A DNA stretch of 64,000 nucleotides from the NCBI GenBank assembly GCA_963788375.1, contig CAWBGT010000027.1:1168047-1232046 (forward strand), written 5' to 3'. The notes beneath the pieces are model-generated. The model was not told where the DNA came from. It saw nothing but the letters and a program-made list of their open reading frames with translations, and did no database searches. Position 1 is the first letter of the stretch; the number at the start of each line of letters is the position of its first letter. A program made the translations under genes and the position numbers. This DNA comes from an uncultured Chloroflexia bacterium (GTDB lineage: Bacteria > Chloroflexota > Limnocylindria > Limnocylindrales > CSP1-4). Positions 28,868-38,558 of the stretch are shown here, piece by piece.

Positions 28868-30193
28868 TCAGCCGTCCGACGGGGTCGCGCGTGTGCCCGG
28901 CGTCGCGCGTGTGCCCGGCGTCGCCGCCTCATCGCCGCCCGTGCCTGCGTGGCCACCGCTGCCGTCCCCGGCGACGGGTGCGGACGGCGTGCGCGCGATG
29001 CGGTCCTGATAGCGACGGAGGTTGTCGATCACCTCGACCATCGAGTCGCCGCCCGTCTTCTCCAGGACGAACCGGGCGAGCGTCAGCATCACCATGGCTT
29101 CGCCGATCACCCCGGCCGCCGGGACCACCGAGATATCGCTGCGCTCATAGTGCGCCCGGTCGGCCGGCTCCCCGGTCACCAGGTCGGCGGTCGGCAGCGG
29201 TCGCGCGAGCGTCGAGATCGGCTTGACCGCACCGCGGACGACGATCGGCTCGCCATTGGTAACGCCGCCGGTGAGCCCGCCTGCGTTGTTGCTGCGGTGG
29301 ATCCAGGTGCCATCCTCGCGCCGTCCGTCGATGACGTCGTGGACCTGCGAGCCAAAGCGGCGCGTCTGCTCGAAGCCGAGGCCGATCTCGACACCCTTGA
29401 CGATGTTGATGCTCATGATCGCGGCTGCGAGCGCCCCATCCAGGCGCCGGTCCCAGTGAACGTAGCTGCCCAGCCCGATCGGCGCCCCGTGGACGACCAC
29501 CTCGAACACGCCGCCGACCGTGTCGCCGTTCGAGCGGGCCTCATCGATGCGGGCGACCATCGCCGTCTCGGCGTCAGGATCCGGGCAGCGCAGCGGCGAC
29601 GCCTCGGCCTCGTCGCGCGACCGGGAGCAGCGGGCAGGATCAACCGCCACGCCGCCCACCTCGGCGGTGAACGACCAGACCTCGATCCCGAGCTCGCGCA
29701 GGAACGCCCGAGCGATCCCGCCGGCCGCGACGCGCGCCGTCGTCTCGCGCGCCGACGAGCGCTCGAGGGCGTTGCGGACGTCGTTGAAGCCGTACTTGAG
29801 CGACCCCGCCAGATCTGCGTGACCCGGGCGAACTGCGGTAATCGGCATCGAGCGCTTGTTGCCCTCACCGGCAAGCCGGGCGAGCTCCTCTGCCTCGGCG
29901 TCCGAGAGCGGGCCGACCTGCATGACCCGGGTCCAGTTGTCCCAGTCGCGGTTGGCGACCTCGAGCAGGATGGGCGAGCCAAGCGTGCGGCCGTGGCGGA
30001 CCCCCGACAGGATCCGCGCCCGGTCCTGCTCGATTGCCTGGCGGGCACCGCGCCCGTAGCCGCGCTGGCGGCGCGCCAGGTCAACCGCGAGGTCGTCCTC
30101 GGTCAGGGAAAGGCCGGCGGGCACACCCTCGACCACGGCGCCGAGCATGGGTCCATGGCTCTCGCCCCCGGTGAGGAATTGGAACCGCTCCAC
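28868..30193 (-). CDS. aroC: Chorismate synthase
   Basis: GESHG, RPGHAD, ERSSARET, NNAGG, ERSD. Confidence 0.97.
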   Translation of the reverse strand: MERFQFLTGGESHGPMLGAVVEGVPAGLSLTEDDLAVDLARRQRGYGRGARQAIEQDRARILSGVRHGRTLGSPILLEVANRDWDNWTRVMQVGPLSDAEAEELARLAGEGNKRSMPITAVRPGHADLAGSLKYGFNDVRNALERSSARETTARVAAGGIARAFLRELGIEVWSFTAEVGGVAVDPARCSRSRDEAEASPLRCPDPDAETAMVARIDEARSNGDTVGGVFEVVVHGAPIGLGSYVHWDRRLDGALAAAIMSINIVKGVEIGLGFEQTRRFGSQVHDVIDGRREDGTWIHRSNNAGGLTGGVTNGEPIVVRGAVKPISTLARPLPTADLVTGEPADRAHYERSDISVVPAAGVIGEAMVMLTLARFVLEKTGGDSMVEVIDNLRRYQDRIARTPSAPVAGDGSGGHAGTGGDEAATPGTRATPGTRATPSDG

Positions 30194-30213
30194 GACGGTC
30201 GCCGCGGCTGCCG

Positions 30214-31155
30214 TCAGGCGCCCGCAGGCTCGGCCCCGTGGGGCTCCGCCGGAATGGGCTCCGCCGGCACGGGCTCGTCCGGGTCCACGCCCGCCGGTTC
30301 GCCCTCGGCGGAGGTCAGGCCACGGGCGCGGGCGTCCTTGAGCGCGGCCTGCATCTCGTCGAGGGGTGCCGGCTGTCCGGTCCACAGCGTGAATGCGGCG
30401 GCCCCCTGGTGGAGCAGCATCGTGCCGCCGTCGAGCGTCCCGCAGCCCGCCTTCTCGGCGTCCCGCAGAAGCATCGTCCGGGCGTAGATCAGGTCGAGCA
30501 CGAGCAGGTCCTGGGGCAGGATCTCGCCCGGCACCGGCGACTCCTCGTCAAGCAGTCCGATCGACGTCGCGTTCACCAGCACCTTCGTCTTGGCCAGCTC
30601 GGCCTCGATGATCGACTCGTGCCAGGGCATCGCCCGGAGCTCCATGTGGGCGGCGCTGCGGCTGAAGTGCTTGACCATGCTCTCGGCGCGGTGGAGATGG
30701 CGGTTGAACACGATGACCCGCTGGAATCCCTCGCGGATCAGCCCGTGGACCACCGCCCGGGCACCGCCGCCGGCGCCCAGCACCACGGCGTGGCGGGGCA
30801 TCTTCTGGCGACCTACCAGCTTGTCCAGGGCGACCTTGAAGCCCGCGACGTCGGTGTTGTGCCCGACGAGCTTCTTGCCCTCCCGGGTGATCGTGTTGAG
30901 CGCACCGATAGCGTGCGCCTCCTCGGTGAGCTTGTCGACGTGGGCCACGACCCGCTCCTTGTGCGGGATCGTGATGTTGGCGCCCAGGAACTCCTCCGCC
31001 CGGAGGTCGGCGATCGCCTCGGCGAGGGCGACGGGCGCCCGGTCCCAGAGCTCGTACCGGGCATCGATGCCCAGGTGGTCGAACGCCGCCTGCTGCATCG
31101 CTCCGGAGAGCGAGTGGGCCACCGGGTGGCCGATGAGGACGACGCGCTTCGTCAT
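30214..31155 (-). CDS. aroE: Shikimate dehydrogenase
   Basis: GHPVAHSLS, NITIPHK, NTD, GAGGGA, NATS. Confidence 0.95.
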   Translation of the reverse strand: MTKRVVLIGHPVAHSLSGAMQQAAFDHLGIDARYELWDRAPVALAEAIADLRAEEFLGANITIPHKERVVAHVDKLTEEAHAIGALNTITREGKKLVGHNTDVAGFKVALDKLVGRQKMPRHAVVLGAGGGARAVVHGLIREGFQRVIVFNRHLHRAESMVKHFSRSAAHMELRAMPWHESIIEAELAKTKVLVNATSIGLLDEESPVPGEILPQDLLVLDLIYARTMLLRDAEKAGCGTLDGGTMLLHQGAAAFTLWTGQPAPLDEMQAALKDARARGLTSAEGEPAGVDPDEPVPAEPIPAEPHGAEPAGA

Positions 31156-32552
31156 GCTCGCACCCCTCCGAGTTGTGAGAAGAAGCCGGGGTAGGAGACC
31201 GCCGCCGACCCGGGTCGGGTGACCGTGGTCTCGCCCTCGGCAATGAGGCCGGCGATGGCAAAGGTCATCGCCAGCCGGTGATCGTTCATGGTCTCGGTGA
31301 CCGCACCGGTCAGGCGCGAGCCACCCTTGATCTCGATGTCGTCACCGAGGACACGCACGCGCGCCCCGAGCGCCGTCAGGCCGGCCACGATCCCTGCGAT
31401 CCGGTCGGACTCCTTGTGGCGGAGCTCCCCGGCTCCGATGATGCGGGTGGTACCGGACGCCGCCGTTGCGGCCAGGCACAGGATCGGGATCTCGTCGATC
31501 GCCGCCACCACCTCGGCGGGGGAGACCTCGACGCCCCGAAGCTCACTCGACCGGACCACGAGGTCCGCGAGGGGCTCGCCGTCCCGGCCACCGGGGCCCG
31601 GAAGGTCGCGTTCCTCGATATCGGCGCCCATGCGCCGCAAGATGTCGATGATGGCACGCCGGGTCGGGTTCGTGCTGACTCCGGCGAGGTGCAGCTCGGC
31701 GTCCGGGTGGATGGACCCGGCAACGAGCCAGAATGCCGCCGCGGACGGATCGGCCGGCACGGTCTCGGCGACGGAGGAGACACGGGAGGGGCCGGTCACC
31801 ACCACCGAGTGGGCTCCCTCGGGACCCGTCTCCTCGCTGACGATCACGCCGCGGGCCCGGAGCATCCGCTCCGTGTGGTCGCGGGTGGCCACGGACTCGG
31901 TCACGCGGGTCCTGCCATCCGCGGCGAGGGCGGCGAGCAGGATGGCGGACTTGACCTGCGCGCTCGGTACGGCCGTACGGATGTCGATGGGCACGAGCCT
32001 CGCGTGACCGGTCACCGTCAGCGGCAGCAGCGTGTCCCGGTCGCGGCCGGCCAGCGTGGCGCCCATCGCCCGCAGCGGCTCGATCACCCGACCCATGGGT
32101 CGCCGGCGCAGCGATTCGTCCCCATCCAGCACGGCGGACATGGGCCGGCCGGCGAGCAGCCCCGCGACGAGACGCGCCGTGGTCCCGGAGTTGCCGCAGT
32201 CCAGGATGTCGTCGGGCTCGGCCAGCGCGTCCCCTCCGGGCGAGATGACGCGATAGTCAACGCGGCCGGCATGCTCCTCGAGTCGCTCAACCCGGGCCCC
32301 CAGCGCCTCGGCAACGCCGGCCGTGGATCGGACGTCCGCGCCGTCGCCGGCGGCCGTGATCAGGGACTCACCCTCGGCGAGCAGCGCCAGGAGCAGGGCG
32401 CGGTGAGAGATCGACTTGTCGCCGGGCAGCGCCGGGCGACCGCGCAGCCGTGCCGCCCGCCGAACGACGAGCGCGTCCTCGCCGCCCGCGTCGGCACGAC
32501 CCCATGCCCCGTTGGCGGACCCATTGCCCCCTGGCGTCACCACCATGGTCAA
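31152..32552 (-). CDS. aroA: EPSP synthase
   Basis: [36 protein letters not shown]. Confidence 0.97.
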   Translation of the reverse strand: MTMVVTPGGNGSANGAWGRADAGGEDALVVRRAARLRGRPALPGDKSISHRALLLALLAEGESLITAAGDGADVRSTAGVAEALGARVERLEEHAGRVDYRVISPGGDALAEPDDILDCGNSGTTARLVAGLLAGRPMSAVLDGDESLRRRPMGRVIEPLRAMGATLAGRDRDTLLPLTVTGHARLVPIDIRTAVPSAQVKSAILLAALAADGRTRVTESVATRDHTERMLRARGVIVSEETGPEGAHSVVVTGPSRVSSVAETVPADPSAAAFWLVAGSIHPDAELHLAGVSTNPTRRAIIDILRRMGADIEERDLPGPGGRDGEPLADLVVRSSELRGVEVSPAEVVAAIDEIPILCLAATAASGTTRIIGAGELRHKESDRIAGIVAGLTALGARVRVLGDDIEIKGGSRLTGAVTETMNDHRLAMTFAIAGLIAEGETTVTRPGSAAVSYPGFFSQLGGVRA

Positions 32553-33625
32553 ACGCCCTCGGCCGCGGCCGTCGTGTCGGGGCCGGTTGCCCTGAGCAGG
32601 TCCCCGTGGAGGTCCTTCACGTGCGCGTGCACGCCGGTGATCGCGGTCATCATCTGGTCGAACAGCTCGAACGTCAGCGACTGCTCACCGTCCGAGAGCG
32701 CCTCCTCGGGGCGGGGATGCACCTCGACCATGATGCCGTCGGCGCCGACGGCCACGCTGCCGATCGCAAGCGGCTTGACCAGCCAGCGCTTGCCGGTGGC
32801 ATGCGACGGGTCCACCACCACCGGCAGGTGGGTCAGGTGGTGGAGCAGCGGGACGGCTGTCAGGTCCAGCGTGTTGCGGGTGCTCGTCTCGAAGGTCCGG
32901 ATGCCACGCTCGCAGAGAATGATCTGGCTGTTCCCCACGGACGCGATGTACTCGGCGGCCATCAGCCACTCCTCGATGGTGGCGCCAAAGCCACGCTTGA
33001 GCATCACCGGCCGGCCAGCCCGACCGCAGGCGAGCAGCAGCGAGAAGTTCTGCATGTTCCGGGTGCCGATCTGGAGGATGTCCGCGTACTCCGCGACAAT
33101 GTCCACCTGGCTCGGCTCCATGACCTCGGTGATGACGGGCAGCCCCGTCCGCTCGCGGGCCTCGGCCAGGTAGCGCAACCCCTCCACTCCCAACCCCTGG
33201 AAGCTGTAGGGGCTGGTGCGGGGCTTGAACGCCCCGCCGCGGATGATCGTGGCTCCGTTGCCGGCAACGTGGTCGACGGTCTCGAGGAGCTGGTCGCGGC
33301 TCTCCACCGAGCACGGCCCAGCCATCACGGTGAGCCCGCCGTCGCCGACGGCGCTGTCCAGCACCCTGATCACCGTGTTGTCCGGGTGGAACTCGCGCGA
33401 CACCAGCTTGTACGGCTTGGAGATAGGGGTCACCGTGGCGACGCCCGGCGTGCCCTCGAGGCGGACGCGGAGCGCCTCCCGGCGGCGGCCGATCTCGCCC
33501 ACGATCGCGATCACCGTCCGGTCCGCGCCGGCGTTCTCGAACGGCGTCAGGCCCTCGGCCAGGATGAGGCCCTTGACGCCGATGACCTCGGCCTCGGTGG
33601 CTCCGGTCCGCATCACCACGAACAT
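32549..33625 (-). CDS. aroF: DAHP synthase, type I-beta, with N-terminal regulatory domain
   Basis: [34 protein letters not shown]. Confidence 0.96.
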   Translation of the reverse strand: MFVVMRTGATEAEVIGVKGLILAEGLTPFENAGADRTVIAIVGEIGRRREALRVRLEGTPGVATVTPISKPYKLVSREFHPDNTVIRVLDSAVGDGGLTVMAGPCSVESRDQLLETVDHVAGNGATIIRGGAFKPRTSPYSFQGLGVEGLRYLAEARERTGLPVITEVMEPSQVDIVAEYADILQIGTRNMQNFSLLLACGRAGRPVMLKRGFGATIEEWLMAAEYIASVGNSQIILCERGIRTFETSTRNTLDLTAVPLLHHLTHLPVVVDPSHATGKRWLVKPLAIGSVAVGADGIMVEVHPRPEEALSDGEQSLTFELFDQMMTAITGVHAHVKDLHGDLLRATGPDTTAAAEGV

Positions 33626-33661
33626 CTGATTTCCAGGTCCTTCGAAGCGAACGTGATCGTG

Positions 33662-33696
33662 AAAACAAAAAGAGCAGAGGTCCGAAACCTCTGCTC
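33662..33696 (-). terminator. Intrinsic terminator in the aroF leader
   Basis: Minus strand GAGCAGAGGT-TTCGG-ACCTCTGCTC-TTTTTGTTTT, 36 nt upstream of the aroF ATG. Confidence 0.8.
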
Positions 33697-33743
33697 ACCC
33701 GGCACGACCCGCCGACTCCCGGGTCTCTAGGTTCCGGGGGCGG

Positions 33744-33779
33744 TCATGCCGGGCAGGTAAAGAGATAGATGGCGCACAT
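33744..33779 (-). CDS. Putative leader peptide MCAIYLFTCPA of the aro operon
   Basis: 11-codon ORF with Tyr and Phe codons between the promoter and the terminator. Confidence 0.45.
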   Translation of the reverse strand: MCAIYLFTCPA

Positions 33780-33790
33780 CGGTGCCACCG

Positions 33791-33819
33791 ACGGTATCCA
33801 AGGCGCCTGCCCGTGTCAA
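33791..33819 (-). promoter_or_regulatory. Sigma70-type promoter of the aro operon
   Basis: Minus strand TTGACA, 17-bp spacer, TACCGT. Confidence 0.7.
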
Positions 33820-33905
33820 TTCGGGCGCCCCGCCGCCCGCCCGCGCCGGAGCCGAGCAACCGGGTCGTCCCGATGGCGGATGCTATGATCCCGGGCGCTG
33901 CACGT

Positions 33906-33997
<92 letters not shown>

Positions 33998-34007
33998 GTC
34001 ACAGCGT

Positions 34008-34083
34008 GCGCCCGTAGCTCAGTGGATAGAGCACCAGCTTGCGGAGCTGGGGGTCGTGGGTTCGAATCCCGCCGGGCGCGCCA
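34008..34083 (+). tRNA. tRNA-Arg(GCG)
   Basis: GCGCCCG/CGGGCGC acceptor; A20 in D-loop; CCAGC-TT-GCG-GA-GCTGG; G73; CCA. Confidence 0.95.
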
Positions 34084-34106
34084 ACCACCCGACCGTGACA
34101 CGAAGA

Positions 34107-34130
34107 AGACCTCCGGGTCCCCGGAGGTCT
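34107..34130. terminator. Hairpin between the tRNA pair and the convergent gene
   Basis: AGACCTCCGG-gtcc-CCGGAGGTCT perfect 10-bp stem. Confidence 0.55.
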
Positions 34131-34167
34131 ACTTGATTCACTGGGGCGCCGGCGCGGCGCCCGGCCC

Positions 34168-34467
34168 TCAGGCCTGCGCGGGCGCCGTGGTCCGGCGGGC
34201 GCGACGGCGGAAGACCAGCACGTTCTTGCCCGCGTTCTCACGCACGTCGATGGTGGCGTGGTCCAGCGTTCCCGCGACCTCGGGGGCGACGAAGACCCGG
34301 ATCGGGTCGCTCTGGGTGAGGCGGTCACCCTCCTTGGGTGTCTGCACGAACGTCAGTCGCACGCGACCCTCGTTCGGGACGAGCCTGGCACCAGCGCTCT
34401 CGTCCACGCCGCGCTCGCGGCGGACTCGCAGCAGATGATCCTTCGCTCGGCTCGTCAGTTGCAGCAT
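34168..34467 (-). CDS. Small HesB/IscA-fold-like protein lacking cysteines
   Basis: MLQLTSRA...P.EGD...VFVAPEV...LDHATIDV resembles HesB-like proteins; GGGAG RBS. Confidence 0.6.
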   Translation of the reverse strand: MLQLTSRAKDHLLRVRRERGVDESAGARLVPNEGRVRLTFVQTPKEGDRLTQSDPIRVFVAPEVAGTLDHATIDVRENAGKNVLVFRRRARRTTAPAQA

Positions 34468-34707
34468 TGAGACTCCCTTGTGCTCCGATCGGCCCTCGTG
34501 GTCGATGTGGCCATATGCTAGCCGGTAGGCAAGTATCGCGCCAGTGTCCGTCCGGGCCTCCGATTGGCCATGGCCGGGCGCTAGACTCCCCCGGACCGGC
34601 TGTCGGTGCCAGCCTGGGCCGATTTCGAACCCACGCCGCGACTGGCTGGATCGCAGGCCCGGACGCGGCTGCGGCGGCCCACCCCGTGTCCAATCGGTCG
34701 AGGGACG

Positions 34708-35151
34708 ATGACAGTCACCACGCAAGCAACGATCGCGGAGTCACTCGAGCGGATCATCTTTGCCGGTGTTGCCCTGACCACCGTCGCAATCGGGGCCGCG
34801 CGACCCGACTTCGATCTCACGTTCCCGCAGTGGCGGGTGCTGGTGGTGCTCGGCGAGTCCGAGGCAGGGATGCGCATCGGCGAGGTGGCCCGTCGGGTCG
34901 GGGTGACGCTGCCGGCGACGAGCCGCCAGGTTCATCGTCTCGAGCGGCGCGGACTGATCGAGGTGCGCCCGGACGAGCGGGACCGCAGGGCGTCACGCGC
35001 TCACCTGACCGTCGCAGGCCGGGAGGCTCAGGACGCGGTCGTCGCCTACCGGCGCGCGCGCGTCGCCGAGATCGCGCAGCCGCTGGAAGGCGACGAGGCG
35101 CTGCGGGACGGGATCGTGCGGATTGCCGCGGCCTTCAGCCGGGTCGGCTGA
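34708..35151 (+). CDS. MarR family transcriptional regulator
   Basis: LTFPQWRVL, HTH, RLERRGLI, DERDRR, LT.AG. Confidence 0.9.
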   Translation: MTVTTQATIAESLERIIFAGVALTTVAIGAARPDFDLTFPQWRVLVVLGESEAGMRIGEVARRVGVTLPATSRQVHRLERRGLIEVRPDERDRRASRAHLTVAGREAQDAVVAYRRARVAEIAQPLEGDEALRDGIVRIAAAFSRVG

Positions 35152-35196
35152 CCGGATCGGCGTCAGCCGGCGACGCCGGCGCTGGCCCTGGCCGCC

Positions 35197-36177
35197 TCAG
35201 CCGGCGGAGCCCCCGACGAGCGTGGCCAGCAGACGGTTCGACTCCGCGACGAGCGACGGGTGGGCCACCAGGCGGATCTCCACGTCCCGTGGCGCAGCAC
35301 CCACCGTCACGGCGAGCGAGTCCCCGCTGCCTCCAATCTTGCGCAGGCGGTTTCGCGCAACGACGAGCAGGTCGACGCCGTACTGCGCCATGCTGACGTC
35401 CGGCGTGGGGTCCGTCGCGACGACGAGCTCGGTGCCGGACAGCACAGCCACCCCGTCGTGCAGGTGCGGCGTCGGGTTGGCGACGTCGCCGGCCGCCACG
35501 ACCAGGCTGTCCATGCCGCGGGGCATGACCTCCCTCGAGCGGACCAGCGCCATCCACTTGTGCGGAAGGTCGGCCGGGTCGCAGCCGAGACCCTCGGGGA
35601 GGGGCTCGCCGGCCGGCGTCGCGTGCTGTCGCACGGGCAGCAGCATCCCGCGGAGCTCAGGCTGGCCCACCGTGTTGTAGCGCACGACGATGGTCGAATC
35701 GGGCCCGATGATCTCCAGGCGACCATAGAGCAGGATGCTCCTGTCGAGCATCGCCACGACGTCGTCGAACGGCATGGTCGCCCGGATGCGGGGCCCGTCC
35801 GCGTCCTTGATCCAGATCACGATGCGGTCGGCCCCGACCGCGACAACCTCCGTCGCCGTCACCACCCATTGGGCGCGTCCGGCGCCGATCGTCCGGGACG
35901 ACCGGGGGATGACGAACAGCCGCTCGGGACCCAGGTCGCCGACGACGTCCCGGAGGTCCGCCAGCGCCCCCTCGGGGACCTCGGCCAGGGTCGCGGGCCG
36001 GTGAGGCAGTCGCTCGAAGCGCCGCGTGGACAGTTCCCTGAGGATCTCCTCGTCCGCCGGCAGCTCCCAGGGTTCGGCGGGATCCTCCTGCTCGTGGGTT
36101 CGCGTCTGGATGATCCTGGGTCCGGCCGGGACCGGAGCCTCGAGGACGCTGCTGCCTGGTCGCCCGCTGGTCGTCAT
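35197..36177 (-). CDS. Hypothetical protein
   Basis: 326-aa ORF with GAGGAGG RBS and GC3-biased codons; no motif recognised. Confidence 0.7.
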   Translation of the reverse strand: MTTSGRPGSSVLEAPVPAGPRIIQTRTHEQEDPAEPWELPADEEILRELSTRRFERLPHRPATLAEVPEGALADLRDVVGDLGPERLFVIPRSSRTIGAGRAQWVVTATEVVAVGADRIVIWIKDADGPRIRATMPFDDVVAMLDRSILLYGRLEIIGPDSTIVVRYNTVGQPELRGMLLPVRQHATPAGEPLPEGLGCDPADLPHKWMALVRSREVMPRGMDSLVVAAGDVANPTPHLHDGVAVLSGTELVVATDPTPDVSMAQYGVDLLVVARNRLRKIGGSGDSLAVTVGAAPRDVEIRLVAHPSLVAESNRLLATLVGGSAG

Positions 36178-36383
36178 GTCCGCCTCCTCGCCGCCTTCGC
36201 GGCTGGGTCACATGCTAACCGTGGGCTCCTCGCCTGTCAGATGCCGCGGCCGTTGGAACCGATCGGCCGAGCCGTTCGGCGTTCCCGACCCTGGCGCGGC
36301 CGGCCAGGGACCGGTGCGCAGGCCATGCAGGTCGGCCGATGCGCCGATCCCCCCGGGGTCGCGCCGTCCCCCCGGGCGCGCCG

Positions 36384-37349
36384 TCAGGCGGAGCGGCCGA
36401 GGATGTCCAGCAGCATCGAGACGAACTTCGGCTCGTCCGCATCCAGCGCGAAGTGGACGTTCGGAGGCTCGAACGCGAAGTTGGCCTCGGCCGGATGCCG
36501 TCCGCTGAACCGGAAGTCGCACACTGTCCGCCCCGTCGAGAGCACGCCCGCCGTCTCGACGTCCACGTGCGCGAACCGGGTCGAGATCACCGACGGATCG
36601 ATGACCGCGCACACCGCGAGCGCGTCGTGGACGGGCGCCGCGCCCATCCGGTGCATCGGCTGGGTCGCGTCGTAGCCCTCGATGCGCTTGCTGATGAACC
36701 GGTACGCCGCCTCGCCGGCGGGCGTGCCGAGGGCCCGCAGCCGCGTCGCGTCCTCGAGCGACACGAGCGCACGGTGGGTCGCGTCGAGCGGCACCATCCG
36801 GATCGGGCGGCGGCAGTTGACGACGATCCGTGCCGCCTCCGGGTCCAGCCAGATGTTGAACTCGGCGGAGGCCGTCGCATTGCCGTGGTCGTGGGCCCCG
36901 CCCATGATCACGATCTCCGGGATCCGCTCGATGATCCGCGGCTCCTTCTGCATCGCCGTGGCGACATTCGTGAGCGGCCCCACGGGGATGAGCGTGATGT
37001 CGCCGTCGGAGGCGAGGTAGGTGTCGATGAGCCAGTCGACCGCGTGCTGCGGCTGCGCCGTGATCGTCGCCTCCGGGAGGTCGAGCTTGTCGCCGTGGAT
37101 CCGGGTCGCCGGGTTGTGCGCCGCCTGGGCGCGCGCAATCGGCCGCGACATGCCCCGGAACACGGGCACCTCTGGCATCCCGATCCACTCGAACACCCGG
37201 AGCGTGTTCTCCACGCACGAGTCGAGCACCGTGTTGCCGTTCACCACGGTTGCCCCGATGAGGTCGATGTCCGGGGAGAGCGCGGCGACCATGAGCGCGA
37301 CCGCGTCGTCGGTGCCGGTGTCGACGTCGAGGATGATCTTCGTAGCCAT
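36384..37349 (-). CDS. Nucleoside hydrolase (IU-NH family)
   Basis: DVDTGTDD, GPLTN, MGG, AEFNIWLDPEAA, VHDA. Confidence 0.93.
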   Translation of the reverse strand: MATKIILDVDTGTDDAVALMVAALSPDIDLIGATVVNGNTVLDSCVENTLRVFEWIGMPEVPVFRGMSRPIARAQAAHNPATRIHGDKLDLPEATITAQPQHAVDWLIDTYLASDGDITLIPVGPLTNVATAMQKEPRIIERIPEIVIMGGAHDHGNATASAEFNIWLDPEAARIVVNCRRPIRMVPLDATHRALVSLEDATRLRALGTPAGEAAYRFISKRIEGYDATQPMHRMGAAPVHDALAVCAVIDPSVISTRFAHVDVETAGVLSTGRTVCDFRFSGRHPAEANFAFEPPNVHFALDADEPKFVSMLLDILGRSA

Positions 37350-37381
37350 GTCGGCAGTGTGCCGCACCTGGCCGCCGCGTG

Positions 37382-38521
37382 TCAGGTCCCGGGCGGCCCG
37401 GCTGGCAGGAAGCGCTCCACGAACCGTTCGCTGGCGCCCCCGTCGCAGGAGGCCATGTGCCGGGCGATGAAGGCATCCCAGGCCGCGGCGTCAACCTCGC
37501 CCGCGAGCACCGCCTCCGCCACGCCGTCCGTGTCGCGGACCTGGGTCCCGATCATCTCGGTCCGGTAGTCAAGGTAGAGACCCGGATCCCGCTCGTACGC
37601 GTCGAGATCATCGACCAGGAGCACCAGCGGCCGACGCAGCAATGACCACTCGAAGATCGCCGAGGAGTAGTCCGTGACCAGCACGTCCGCAACCGCGAGC
37701 CAGTCGTTGAGGTCCTCGGCGGGGTCGCCCACGAGGTCGAAGCCGGCGGTGGGCTGCGTGGCCGGATCCAGGTTCGGGTGGGTCTTGGCGACGAGCGCCC
37801 ATGTCGCCGGGAGGAGCTCGCGGAGCCGGGCGCCGTCGAGCCCCAGGGCACCCGTGCGGTCGCGGCCTCGACCGCGGAAGGTCGGCGCGAAGAGCACGAT
37901 CCGCCGATCGCGGAGGACCGGATGTGCGGCCAGGATCCGGTCCCGGGAGCGGGCCACGGCGCCGGGATCGAAGAAGATGTCCGTGCGTGGAGCGCCGAGG
38001 GGGAGCACCCGCTCGACCGGCGTCCGGAGGGCTCGCGACCACGGGACGCGGCTCTGCTCGCCGGCCGCGATCACGTAGTCGTAGTAGCGGTGGAGGAAGG
38101 TCGCCTCCGGCTCCACGGGCGGCACGACCGTGTCCACGCCGAACCGCTTCAAGGCACCGGTCGCGTGCCACACCTGGACGACGGTCGCCCGCCGCCGGTG
38201 TGGTGCGACGTGGACCGGCAGGTAGGCGTTGTCGACGACGACCAGCCCCGCGGTCCGCACGTGGTAGAGCCCGCGGACCACGCGGACCAGGTAACGCGCC
38301 TTCGCCACCATCCCGTACCCGTAGGGCTCCAGCAGGAGGACCGGCCGGATGTCAGGGCGCAGCCGGCCGATGGCGTCGCGGATACCGCGCAGGTTGCCCT
38401 CCAGGACATCGAGCCTGGCCGTCGCGAGCACCACCCGGTCGGGATGCCCCGGCAGCAGGTCGAACAGGCGGCCCAGCACGCGCAGCAGGACACTCGCGAA
38501 CCGGTACTCCAGGCTGCTCAT
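37382..38521 (-). CDS. CDP-glycerol/ribitol phosphotransferase (TagB/TagF family)
   Basis: QVWHATGALKRFG, GAPRTD, FAPTFR, KTHP, LVTDYSS. Confidence 0.9.
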   Translation of the reverse strand: MSSLEYRFASVLLRVLGRLFDLLPGHPDRVVLATARLDVLEGNLRGIRDAIGRLRPDIRPVLLLEPYGYGMVAKARYLVRVVRGLYHVRTAGLVVVDNAYLPVHVAPHRRRATVVQVWHATGALKRFGVDTVVPPVEPEATFLHRYYDYVIAAGEQSRVPWSRALRTPVERVLPLGAPRTDIFFDPGAVARSRDRILAAHPVLRDRRIVLFAPTFRGRGRDRTGALGLDGARLRELLPATWALVAKTHPNLDPATQPTAGFDLVGDPAEDLNDWLAVADVLVTDYSSAIFEWSLLRRPLVLLVDDLDAYERDPGLYLDYRTEMIGTQVRDTDGVAEAVLAGEVDAAAWDAFIARHMASCDGGASERFVERFLPAGPPGT

Positions 38522-38558
38522 GGCGTGGGGGCCCGATCGAGGCCGTCCCGGCCCATGG

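Noticed and set aside
28884-28923. 18-bp tandem duplication at the aroC 3' end (TPGTRA x2)
   Set aside because: A small slippage repeat in a low-complexity tail with no functional signal
33780-33790. GGTGGCACCG (minus strand) resembling a T-box upstream of aroF
   Set aside because: It sits right at the predicted TSS with no stem I or specifier upstream, and forms a simple local palindrome
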